The notes under the pieces were generated by a model. That model had not been told where the DNA came from. It saw nothing but the letters and a program-made list of their open reading frames with translations, and searched no databases. The translations under genes and the position numbers were made by a program. Below, one piece after another: positions 41,908 to 50,937 of a stretch of 64,000 nt of DNA. The DNA lies in contig CAMUHY010000019.1 in the NCBI GenBank assembly GCA_947088865.1, forward strand, positions 2,185 through 66,184, written 5' to 3'. How positions within the stretch are numbered: position 1 is the first letter of the stretch; each line of letters opens with the position of its first letter. Origin of the DNA: an uncultured Eubacterium sp. (GTDB lineage Bacteria > Bacillota > Clostridia > Lachnospirales > Lachnospiraceae).

Positions 41908-42091
41908 GAGGATTTTCACTTCCATACATTAAGGCAATATCTACACGACCAACCTATTATCAAACGGGACGCAACCAAAAGATGCGCAGGAACTTTTAGG
42001 ACATTCGGACGTAAGCACGACCATGAATGTCCATGATGAAATCATTGCACACATCACAAGGGAGACTAAACGGGATTCCGCAAAGCTTTAA
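41908..42091 (+). pseudogene. Tyrosine integrase C-terminal remnant
   Basis: FHFHTLR, then a +1 frameshift into YTTNLLSNGTQPKDAQELLGHSDVSTTMNVHDEIIAHITRETKRDSAKL*. The usual catalytic Tyr position (MNVY) is disrupted and there is no N-terminus. Confidence 0.8.
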
Positions 42092-42457
42092 AAATTAAGG
42101 AAAGTTAAAATAGTCCATAGATAAACTGAAAGTTGTTTATTCAATCGTTACTTATAATCTGTTTTATATAATCACTCCTACTTCCATTCCAATGACAATG
42201 TATACATATACCATTCATGTCATACCTCTGCTAAATCTCTATTTATCGCTAAGTTAGTCAACTCTGCGTTTTCACTTCAAACCTTTTAATCACCGTTATC
42301 TGTAAATCCTTTGCGTCAATCAAACTTTCCTATCTGCAATTCGGGCAACAGGGAAAGTTTTTCAATTCTGTATCTTTTTGTATCTACAATCTTGTTTTAT
42401 TTCCACAGACAGGGCAGCATACGCATTCTATTATATTTATTATTACCTCATTATTTT

Positions 42458-43489
42458 TTATGGAGCAAACATAGCAAGTTGCATCACAAACTTTATAGGC
42501 AGTGCAGGATATTTCATTTGATTAAAATCCCCAACAAAAAATAATTCTTTGTTAGGATAATAAAATGCAAATGAGCCGGTTGAGCCGCTATGACCTATCA
42601 AATCACCTTGACCTAAAAAAGAAGTGGAAAATCCGCCCATTTTTATTCTCATATAGCCGCTTCCATAATAAATAGGAAACATAGATAGTTGCAATTTTCT
42701 ATACCATTTCAAATCAAGAATTTTTTTGTCAAAAAGTTCTCCATGAAAAAACGCCTGTATAAATATCATTAAATCTCTTGTAGTGGTAATACAACCACCG
42801 CTTGCTTTACTACACATTATAAATTGTGGTCTATATAACTGCTTATCACCATAGTAAACCATAGGTATATATTCTTTTTCCGAAACAGGCAAATAAGTTT
42901 TAGTCATATTTATTTTTGAAAATATGTATTTTTCAAATACCTTTTTTAATGAACATTTTGTGACTTTTTCAATAATATCGCCCAATATATTATAGTTAAT
43001 ATCTGCATAGTAGGCATTATTTTTGTAATCCGGTAGAAAATGAGCTTCTTTTTCTTTAGTTAAAGCAATATTTTTGTCAAAGGTAATAAATGTATCTGAA
43101 ATTATAACTTGTTTTTTGATACTGTTTTTCCCCTCCTCATATATATCTGCCAATCCGCTTGTTTGGTAGAGTAAATCTGATATTTTCAAATCATAAGAAT
43201 AATCTTTACCTTTATAAAAATGCAAACCATTTAGATAATCAGGTTCATAAAAATTCAGCAAATTATTATTCAGTGTTATATAACCTTGCTGAACAAGAAT
43301 AAAAATACATGCAGCAGTAAACATTTTTGTTATGCTCGCCGCTATTATTGGAGTATCTATATCTTTTCCTCCATAAGCCTTTGAGAATATAGTTTCCCCA
43401 GTTCCTTTTTCAATTAGGACTACACTTTCATAAATCTTTTTTTCTTGAATATATTTATCAAATAAATCATCATAACTTTTTGTTTTCAT
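42458..43489 (-). CDS. Serine hydrolase, beta-lactamase/PBP-like family
   Basis: SITK (SxxK), YADINYNILG (YxN-like) and GHSG. Confidence 0.85.
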   Translation of the reverse strand: MKTKSYDDLFDKYIQEKKIYESVVLIEKGTGETIFSKAYGGKDIDTPIIAASITKMFTAACIFILVQQGYITLNNNLLNFYEPDYLNGLHFYKGKDYSYDLKISDLLYQTSGLADIYEEGKNSIKKQVIISDTFITFDKNIALTKEKEAHFLPDYKNNAYYADINYNILGDIIEKVTKCSLKKVFEKYIFSKINMTKTYLPVSEKEYIPMVYYGDKQLYRPQFIMCSKASGGCITTTRDLMIFIQAFFHGELFDKKILDLKWYRKLQLSMFPIYYGSGYMRIKMGGFSTSFLGQGDLIGHSGSTGSFAFYYPNKELFFVGDFNQMKYPALPIKFVMQLAMFAP

Positions 43490-43571
43490 AACATCACCAT
43501 GTTATCTATTTTTGTTCACCTTTCTGTAATATTTTCAATTTTTTACTTTCTTAAAGAATAAATGTGTTATA

Positions 43572-44168
43572 CTATTTGGTATGTTTAACTATCATATCCA
43601 TAAGCCAATCTATCTTTGGTAATGGTGTGTTGGGGACTCTGACTTTTTCCTGTGCAATTCCCTGTATAGCGCCCAAAATAGCGACGCATAATGAATGAGA
43701 ATGACCTGCTCGAAACTCGCCGCGCCGTTGCCCTTCTAAAATGATAGGAATCCACTGTCTACAAATATCTATTGATTTCAAAAGCAACTCTATTTCTTTA
43801 TCATTAACTGCTGTATATTGAACATTATCCATAAACACAAACATCTTCCCAAATGAGGGATTGCTCTCCAATTGCTCAAATACATTTTTTATGGTTTGAA
43901 AAAGGTATTCATAAGGTGCTTCCATTGCTATTTCTATATCTATTTTCATTTCTTCAACACCAATTCTTATCAATTCAAGATAAATACTTTCTTTATTGCT
44001 AAAATAGTGAAATAACAAACCAGAACTGACACCAGCTCTTCTTGCAATTTCACGTGTACTTGTACCATAGTAACCTTTTTCTATAAAAACATCTAATGCA
44101 ACCTGTAAGAGTTGTTTTTTTCTTTTATCTCCTTTATCCATAAATAACCTCCCACAAAAATTAAGCAT
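43572..44168 (-). CDS. TetR/AcrR family regulator
   Basis: FIEKGYYGTSTREIARRAGVSSGLLFHYF. Confidence 0.9.
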   Translation of the reverse strand: MLNFCGRLFMDKGDKRKKQLLQVALDVFIEKGYYGTSTREIARRAGVSSGLLFHYFSNKESIYLELIRIGVEEMKIDIEIAMEAPYEYLFQTIKNVFEQLESNPSFGKMFVFMDNVQYTAVNDKEIELLLKSIDICRQWIPIILEGQRRGEFRAGHSHSLCVAILGAIQGIAQEKVRVPNTPLPKIDWLMDMIVKHTK

Positions 44169-44177
44169 ATGCTTAAT
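44160..44177. promoter_or_regulatory. Candidate operator of the adjacent TetR gene
   Basis: Perfect 18-bp palindrome ATTAAGCATATGCTTAAT just upstream of the probable start (MDKG). Confidence 0.6.
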
Positions 44178-44402
44178 ATTATATTGTCATCTAAATATTG
44201 TCAAGAACTTTACAGAAACTTTCACTTTTCCGAAAAACGGTATGACGGTAATAGAAATTGTCTTAATCAACTGATAGAACTGTTCAGACATACTCTAAAT
44301 GTACTGGTATACTAAATTAGTAACACCTCATATGAATAATATGATAAAATATTATTATTCAAAGAGGACATATAAGTGATACTACGCAGGAAATAAGACG
44401 AC

Positions 44403-45092
44403 CTAATCAGCTGTTAAAGGAAAAAGATAACGAGATTGTGAATATTGTACCTCTTCTAACGTATCATTATATGGTCTCCGACTTCTCCAATTCAATGTAA
44501 GCTGTGCTGATCCATCATCTAATATTTTCAGTTTTGGGTCATTCACACGTATCCAGCTTCCCTTAATCTTACTGCCATCTTCTAAAATAAGCGGTATAAG
44601 ATTTCTTGCTGCTCGTATTTTTGTAACCACCATAAGACCAAGTGAATATGCATCCTCTTCTTTTTCATGAAAAATCTTAATATACCAAGAATACTCCATA
44701 GCATAAGTAAGGAATGTTTCTCCATCTGTGTCAATTTCTGACATAGGAAAATAAATCGATGGAACAACAAAATTTGATGGAATTTTCCAATAATAGGGAA
44801 CTACTTTTGTCTGGTCAATCAAAAATTTCATAATACTTGCTATTTCTTGCTCAAGCTCAAGCATATTCCACACATTTCCATTACTGCCCTTTTCAAAGCT
44901 GGCAAGAAGTAATTTGCTGTCCATTACTTTCCGTCGCACGATTTCATCTTGTAATATTCTTAAAAATTCATATCCAAGTCCCTCTAAAAATCGTTCAAAC
45001 TCTTTGCGAAATTCACCTTTTGCTGCGCGCTTCACACTTCCAAAAAACTTCTTAAATTCCGACATATCAACTTCAACATATCTACTGCTCAT
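44403..45092 (-). pseudogene. Apparent in-frame fusion of an HK97 gp10-like protein N-terminus and a tail-terminator-like protein, with an aberrant C-terminus
   Basis: The N-half (MSSRYVEVDM..LLASF..GNVW) is joined at NMLELEQEIASI to a second domain that looks like a separate gene start. It ends in QSRYLFPLTAD next to non-phage DNA. Confidence 0.55.
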
Positions 45093-45460
45093 AATGCCTT
45101 TTGCCCTCCTACCTTTTTGATATAAACAAATATATGGTGGTCTCTAACATTAACTGGAAGCTCTGCTGTATACTCAAGCCCTGTCATACAATCTACAATT
45201 TTGTCATTAAGACGAATATCTGTACCTGCTGGCAAAGTAAGCTTTATTTTAGCGTCCATAAGATTTGCTGGAGCTGTCTGTGTAATTGTAATGGTCTGTG
45301 AACGTACTCCAAAATGACACTTTTGACTGCTGATGTCTGGCTCATCTGAATACGAAAAAGATAAGGCAGCAGATAATCCCCAACCTAGCCCAGCTTGCTT
45401 TTCTCTATTATGGTAAATATCACAAAGATGATTTAAAAGACTTCCTAAACTCATAATCAC
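45089..45460 (-). CDS. Phage head-tail adaptor/closure protein (YqbH/XkdH, DUF3599-like)
   Basis: LLNHLCDIYH, DIRLNDKIVD and VRDHHI; position after the connector gene. Confidence 0.7.
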   Translation of the reverse strand: MIMSLGSLLNHLCDIYHNREKQAGLGWGLSAALSFSYSDEPDISSQKCHFGVRSQTITITQTAPANLMDAKIKLTLPAGTDIRLNDKIVDCMTGLEYTAELPVNVRDHHIFVYIKKVGGQKAL

Positions 45461-45463
45461 CTC

Positions 45464-45847
45464 CTAGAGCTTTCTCATGCGGAGTGTTACTCCATTTCTT
45501 GGCTCTGCTTGAACAAAATCATCAAGCAATGCCGCAAGGTCTAATGCTTCTATGCTGATTTGATTTGTTTCTTTGGTATAACTGTAATCGTCAAAAGTTT
45601 CTGATTTAACCTCTTTTGCTGCCATACTTGCATTATGTCCATATGCCTCTGCAAGTATCAATACTGCCGTTTTTACTGCTGCTGGTATTTCCTTTTTATC
45701 TTTAAACAAATTATGTGTATATGTAATTACATATTGTTCAGCTCTCGCAATATCCACTGTGAGCCGTGTGTCGCTGCGCTTCTGTACTGCTGGTATCTCG
45801 GAGTATTCCTTAACCTCCTCTGGCGTTACCCACGGTCTTTCCGCCAT
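45464..45847 (-). CDS. Phage head-tail connector (YqbG, DUF3199-like)
   Basis: WVTPEEVKEYS and KSETFDDYSYT; GGAGG RBS before MAERP at 45847. Confidence 0.72.
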   Translation of the reverse strand: MAERPWVTPEEVKEYSEIPAVQKRSDTRLTVDIARAEQYVITYTHNLFKDKKEIPAAVKTAVLILAEAYGHNASMAAKEVKSETFDDYSYTKETNQISIEALDLAALLDDFVQAEPRNGVTLRMRKL

Positions 45848-45863
45848 ATCGTACCTCCTCCGC

Positions 45864-46229
45864 TTAATACTCCTGTAATTCCTGCATAGTAGGACTACCA
45901 TAGTCTACCTCGTTCTTGGTTTCCTTATCGCTCAGCTCCTTCTTAAGTTTTGTAATTATGTCAGCCTTTTTAGAAATTCCTTTAAGACTGACATTGTGAT
46001 AGGCTGCGTAGCTTTCCAGTTCCGACACCGTCATTTCTTCCAGTGTCTTTCCATGTTTGTCATCCTCTGGGTCTGCTGGGATTTCTTCATTGTGAAGTAA
46101 TTTAAAATAACCAGTAGCTACCGCTGCATCTGCGGTAGTCTTGTCCTCAACAAACACGTCCGGTTTTTCTTTCGTGGCTGAAACAATGCCAGTATAGGAG
46201 AGAGATTTTAACAGTCGCAAGTGATACAT
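45864..46229 (-). CDS. YqbF-like phage protein with a C-terminal HeH/Rho-N-like domain
   Basis: LRLLKSLSYTG..GYF N-terminus and MTVSELESYAA..KKADII motif. Confidence 0.68.
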   Translation of the reverse strand: MYHLRLLKSLSYTGIVSATKEKPDVFVEDKTTADAAVATGYFKLLHNEEIPADPEDDKHGKTLEEMTVSELESYAAYHNVSLKGISKKADIITKLKKELSDKETKNEVDYGSPTMQELQEY

Positions 46230-46247
46230 AATCGTTCCTCCTCTCTC

Positions 46248-47300
46248 TTATTTCAGTCCTGTAATAATTGCCGTTGCATCCAGTTCCTCGATAATTGGGT
46301 CATAGTCAAGGTGGGTAACATAAAAACGCTTATCCATCATAACTGCCTCTTTGCCTTCAGTAGTCTTACGAATCTGCACATTATAGGTATTTACAACAAT
46401 AAGATTTTTAGGGTCCGTTAAAAGAATAGTACTGTCATCTAAAGATGGACATTCAATTGCAGGAATACGTGCAGGGGCTTTGTAAATACTTTCAGGTACC
46501 GCACCACCTGCGTTTACAACCTTATTCAATAAAAATAGTTCCCACTCCTGCGTTCTGCGAGGAGACATAAGCCAACGAAGTTTGCCATTATTGTACTTAT
46601 TAGGAAGTTGCGCCAATGTCTTGTAGAATAAATCAAGACTCATATTTGTTTCACTGGAAGCATCATATACATGACCACCATTGCTAATCTGCTTAATCCA
46701 ACCATCATTAATTTTTAAGAAATCAGCATCGCTTTGTGTGCCAAATTCTTCAACTTCACTTTCATTCCAAGCTCCTGCTGTATGAGCTGTTGTAAATTTA
46801 TAGAGTTTATCATTATAGGCAACTTCATCCCCTTTAGCATATGTATCGGTAGTACTGAACGTCGGAATTTTTGCCATATTCTCGTCACCGTTAAGATACA
46901 AATCTTCAAGGTCAATTCCAAGCTGTGTTGTCATAAGGTCAGTAATAATCTTTTCAAGGTTTTGCCCTTCAATATTCTCACGCAAAGTTTCTTCTGTAAT
47001 TTCCCATGGCAGCCGTACAGCAGTAGTGCTATACTCAATCTGACTTGTATTTACGCCTGCTCTATAACCATCATCCGTATTTTCAGTCTTTTTACGAAGA
47101 ATACGACGACCAATGCCAATTTTATCAATTTCACCCGTTTTTGCTGTACGCATTTCGTGACGAATAAGGCTGCCTAAATTTGTAGTCTCAAAAGTTTGCT
47201 GAATAAATTTTCGAGCTTGCTCTGGATTAAGTAAACCAGAAGTTAAAGCTCCTGTGGAAATAGCTGCCTTTCGGATAATAGTGCTGTTATCAATTCCCAT
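46248..47300 (-). CDS. Phage major capsid protein (XkdG/YqbE-like) with an internal insertion
   Basis: GLLNPEQARKF, KIGIGRRILR, LPWEITEETLRENIEG and DLYLNGD; position after the XkdF-like gene. Confidence 0.88.
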   Translation of the reverse strand: MGIDNSTIIRKAAISTGALTSGLLNPEQARKFIQQTFETTNLGSLIRHEMRTAKTGEIDKIGIGRRILRKKTENTDDGYRAGVNTSQIEYSTTAVRLPWEITEETLRENIEGQNLEKIITDLMTTQLGIDLEDLYLNGDENMAKIPTFSTTDTYAKGDEVAYNDKLYKFTTAHTAGAWNESEVEEFGTQSDADFLKINDGWIKQISNGGHVYDASSETNMSLDLFYKTLAQLPNKYNNGKLRWLMSPRRTQEWELFLLNKVVNAGGAVPESIYKAPARIPAIECPSLDDSTILLTDPKNLIVVNTYNVQIRKTTEGKEAVMMDKRFYVTHLDYDPIIEELDATAIITGLK

Positions 47301-47328
47301 AATATTTCTTTCCTCCTACTTTATTTTA

Positions 47329-48669
47329 TTAGAGAATACCATGCAGATAATGCGTATCACCTGCTGATTTTTCTATGCTTCCATTAAGGTTACTAGGAAG
47401 TCCTTTGCTCTTTAATACAGGGTCAATCGCTTTTGTTACTGCTGTGGTAATCATTTCTTGTACTTGTTCTATGGTGACTTGTGATTCTTGCTGTGGCTCA
47501 AGTGCCTTTGTTATCGCCTCCTCAACCATTTTTTCCACACTTTCTGGCGTAATTTCTGTTGTAATAGCACTTTTACCTTCTGTCTTTTCAACTACTTCTG
47601 TACTATTTTGTGCCTTTTGTATGGCACTTTGCTGTGTACTAGTGCCAATCGCTTTTTCAATGGCAGCAGACACTATCTGCTCAATATCTTGCTTTGTCAC
47701 TTCTTTATCCTCCTTATCCATTTTTGATTTTTTGCTTTCATTCTCTTCCTGCTCATCAAACTCTTTAAGGAATGCTCCTAAACTCTCATAAATTCCGTTT
47801 AATATTTCCTTATTTTTGCTACTTATTTTCTTTCCTGCCTTTTCAACTGGTCTGTTCGTTTGAATAGCTTTTATAACACTTTCTTTACCAGTAAGAATAC
47901 TAGTGATAATCTGATTAAACTCTTCAAGACACTCACGTACCTTATCTTCATTTGTTTCATATTGCCAGCGTCCAGTAATATTGTCATATTTATATAAAAT
48001 CTCCTCAAGAGAATTAAAAGCATTCCAAAAGAGTGTACCTTTGCTACGTTCTTCATAAAGTTCCGACATAGCGCCTTTTTCCACTACATTGACGCCCAAG
48101 GCTGCTGCCAACTGTTTTAACAATCCTTTCTTTTCTTTAGTTTCTTGCTTACTCACATTGTCCAATTCAATATCCTCCTCGCTATAATTTCCAAGTCCAC
48201 CCATACTAAACCCTGTGATGTCGCCTTTTTCAATGCCTTTCCATACACTCTCATCAGTCACTTCCACCGTCATAAGCCATGTTCCTTTTTGTATTGCTTC
48301 TCCATCAATCTCAAAATCTGCCTTTGCAATCCAATTTTCTACAACAGTTGCACCATCTAATGGCTCAAAACTATGTTGTAAATCAACCTTATCGCCATTC
48401 TTAGCAAACCAGTACGCTGCTTTTGTAATCTCCTCCTCTGTCATAAAATTACCATGACTATCTTCTTCCATAGGTTCATACACAATTCCTGTGACATAAT
48501 GATTTTCTGTATCAGCCTTAATAATTCTGCCATAGGTAGTAAATGTTGCCTTACCACTTGCTTCTTTCTTCAAAAGGAACTGCCGCTTATTAGCTGCTTT
48601 ATCCACAAGGCTCACAAATTGAATTTTTGCGTCTGTAATTTCATATGCTTTTTTCAAACCTTTCTTCAT
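47329..48669 (-). CDS. XkdF-like putative prohead protease/scaffold
   Basis: VSLVDKAANKRQF, VTGIVYEP..DSHG..M..EEI.KAAYWF, GTWLM and GFSMGG. Confidence 0.8.
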   Translation of the reverse strand: MKKGLKKAYEITDAKIQFVSLVDKAANKRQFLLKKEASGKATFTTYGRIIKADTENHYVTGIVYEPMEEDSHGNFMTEEEITKAAYWFAKNGDKVDLQHSFEPLDGATVVENWIAKADFEIDGEAIQKGTWLMTVEVTDESVWKGIEKGDITGFSMGGLGNYSEEDIELDNVSKQETKEKKGLLKQLAAALGVNVVEKGAMSELYEERSKGTLFWNAFNSLEEILYKYDNITGRWQYETNEDKVRECLEEFNQIITSILTGKESVIKAIQTNRPVEKAGKKISSKNKEILNGIYESLGAFLKEFDEQEENESKKSKMDKEDKEVTKQDIEQIVSAAIEKAIGTSTQQSAIQKAQNSTEVVEKTEGKSAITTEITPESVEKMVEEAITKALEPQQESQVTIEQVQEMITTAVTKAIDPVLKSKGLPSNLNGSIEKSAGDTHYLHGIL

Positions 48670-48784
48670 GTCTTATCTCACCCCCTCTCATTGAAATTTT
48701 TATATATAAAAAAGAGCTTCGCAAACATGCAAAGCTCTTTTTTAGCAAAATTATATTTTGTTCATTTAAATCTATACTAATTCT

Positions 48785-49222
48785 TTATAAACCAAGAATT
48801 TGAATCTTTTTCTTATCAAAATCTTCTTGTGTTATAACGCCTTCATCTAAAAGTTGTTTTAATTGTCTTAAACTATCCATATTAAGGTCATCAACAGATT
48901 GAACTGTTTTTGATATTTCATTTTCTACAATAACTTTTTCAATTGCCTCTTTAAATTTTATGGCTTCCTCATACTGTGGTTTTCTAAAGCAAATTGTATT
49001 TATATCTGTTGCATAATGAGCTACATTTGCAACAGAAGAATAGGTTTTTGCTCCAAAAACTTGAATATGTATACACCCCGCAGCAGTAAAAACAGGCTTT
49101 TTTAATATCACAGAAACAATATCCGAAATTTTTATTATTCTTCCTAAATCCTTTTTTCCCTTTTTAATTTTTATGATACCATCACCTATTTCAATTTCTC
49201 CATCATAACCTATAAATTTCAT
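48785..49222 (-). CDS. Moron: PH-like domain with a C-terminal SHOCT domain
   Basis: C-terminal LRQLKQLLDEGVITQEDFDKKKIQIL. Confidence 0.78.
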   Translation of the reverse strand: MKFIGYDGEIEIGDGIIKIKKGKKDLGRIIKISDIVSVILKKPVFTAAGCIHIQVFGAKTYSSVANVAHYATDINTICFRKPQYEEAIKFKEAIEKVIVENEISKTVQSVDDLNMDSLRQLKQLLDEGVITQEDFDKKKIQILGL

Positions 49223-49327
49223 AATCAGCTTTACTCCTTTTTAGTTTCTTTACTATATATTAACAGAAATATTTTTTATAAAACAATAAAAAGTAAAATA
49301 ACAGTCCTGTATTTTTATTATTCAATT

Positions 49328-50020
49328 TTATGAATTACAACGTGTACATGGAGAATACCCATTCTTAATTAATTGTTCTCTTGTTCCGAATCTCTCTAAC
49401 ACATTTGCAGTTGTAGCATTTTTTATAATAGAACAATTTTTTTTATGAAACTTTTTTGTATTTACATTTACCATATACCACTCTAACTTTTGTTTCGTTT
49501 CTTTCTCATTAGATGCAACTTTATCTAATTTTTCCCAATCTATGCTATCGAAATGTTTTAATACATCTTCACTTGTACAATCTTTTTTTCCCATACCAGC
49601 AGCTGCCACAAATAAAAATCCTGTTTTTCCATCATTAGAGCGCCAATTTACAATTTTATCTTTTATCGAATCTCCTTTTTCATCTTTTTCATTGTAGCCA
49701 ATTGAAATATTTTTTAATATGTAACCATTTTTTTCAACTAATTCCAAAACTATAGGACAAAGAATATCAATAACTTTTGGAATATCATCAATACGATGAA
49801 CATATGCTGAAACATCTACTCCATTGTATGTTGTAATAAAAATACTATTTTTCCCATCATAAAGTAGTCCTACTTGGTCATCTGGATATTTGTCTATTAT
49901 TTCCTTTTTAAATTTTTCTTCTGGTGGTACGGCACTTATATTTCTTTTTTGATTATTTCCACAAGCTATTAGTGACATAATGAAAATCATCACAATAATA
50001 AAGCAAAAGTTTCTTTTCAT
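49328..50020 (-). CDS. Moron: lipoprotein with a C-terminal Ada-like metal-binding domain
   Basis: Lipobox SLIAC; C-terminal NTKKFHKKNC..GYSPCTRC. Confidence 0.72.
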   Translation of the reverse strand: MKRNFCFIIVMIFIMSLIACGNNQKRNISAVPPEEKFKKEIIDKYPDDQVGLLYDGKNSIFITTYNGVDVSAYVHRIDDIPKVIDILCPIVLELVEKNGYILKNISIGYNEKDEKGDSIKDKIVNWRSNDGKTGFLFVAAAGMGKKDCTSEDVLKHFDSIDWEKLDKVASNEKETKQKLEWYMVNVNTKKFHKKNCSIIKNATTANVLERFGTREQLIKNGYSPCTRCNS

Positions 50021-50188
50021 AATTCATGCCTCCTTGTAATTAGAGTATAATTTTTATTTTAATAGAATTATTGTTATATTTTATATCATACCCCTTGTTT
50101 TTGCAATAGTTTTTATACAAATTTACAATAAATCTTATTTTTTTAATTAAAAGCGACCTCATTATAGAAGCCGCTTAATACACTACTC

Positions 50189-50350
50189 TCAAACCACAGT
50201 CTCTTGATAAACCTTATCTATTCCCATTCTAATTACATCTGTTTTACTGATCCCTTTTTTTTCCATACAAATTTTTATTTTCTGCATATCACTTTCTGAA
50301 AGTCTGAAACTTTCTCTATAACTTTTTGGATTTTCAGTAGGTCTACCCAT
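50189..50350 (-). CDS. Ribbon-helix-helix (CopG/Arc-like) DNA-binding protein
   Basis: MGRPTENPKSYRESFRLS..SKTDVIRMGIDKVY; the start is uncertain. Confidence 0.75.
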   Translation of the reverse strand: MGRPTENPKSYRESFRLSESDMQKIKICMEKKGISKTDVIRMGIDKVYQETVV

Positions 50351-50485
50351 TTTCTTTTTTTCTATTTGAAACCACCCCTTATACTTGCCTTTTTCCTTCA
50401 TATATGTTAAATTATATATGAGTACTGGCGGTGGCAAGTACCGCCAGCTTTTTGGTTTTGTAGCTCTGTCATAGCAGAGCTATTT

Positions 50486-50641
50486 TTAATCCTCTAATGT
50501 CTTTTGAAGATTCTCAATAACCTTATCTAATTTTTGTTGTTTTTTTTCGTCTTCTTTTTCTTCTTTTATTTCCTTAAGGTCATCAAGTACAAATCGAACA
50601 AAACCATTAAATTGTTTATCCGTCATTCCCATTTCTTGCAT
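50486..50641 (-). CDS. Small 51-aa charged protein MQEMGMTDKQFNGFVRFVLDDLKEIKEEKEDEKKQQKLDKVIENLQKTLED (missed by the ORF track)
   Basis: Manual translation; AAAGGAG RBS; promoter TTGATT-17-TATAAT at 50704-50732. Confidence 0.75.
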   Translation of the reverse strand: MQEMGMTDKQFNGFVRFVLDDLKEIKEEKEDEKKQQKLDKVIENLQKTLED

Positions 50642-50937
50642 TGTTTCTCCTTTCCAGCTTCTTGCCTGCCTTACTCGTCTTGGTTTCCCTTAACTGTACT
50701 TATATTATAACTTATGTCATGACAAAAATCAATACCTACTTTCCAATTTATTAAAACCCCTTGTTCATTATCATTAAATATGATATATTAAACTCACAAA
50801 AAGGAATAACCGCTCACAAAGTGGTTAACCTCCAAATTCATTTATAAGCTTATTTGTTCTAGCAAAGATACAAGGTAGGCTTATTTATTTTTGTTTATTT
50901 CATTTTATTATTATATAGATTTAAGCAAACCTCAAGC

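Noticed and set aside
34174-43489. Calling the CAT-like and beta-lactamase-like genes bona fide antibiotic resistance genes
   Set aside because: The motifs establish only the fold families; substrate specificity cannot be read from the sequence.
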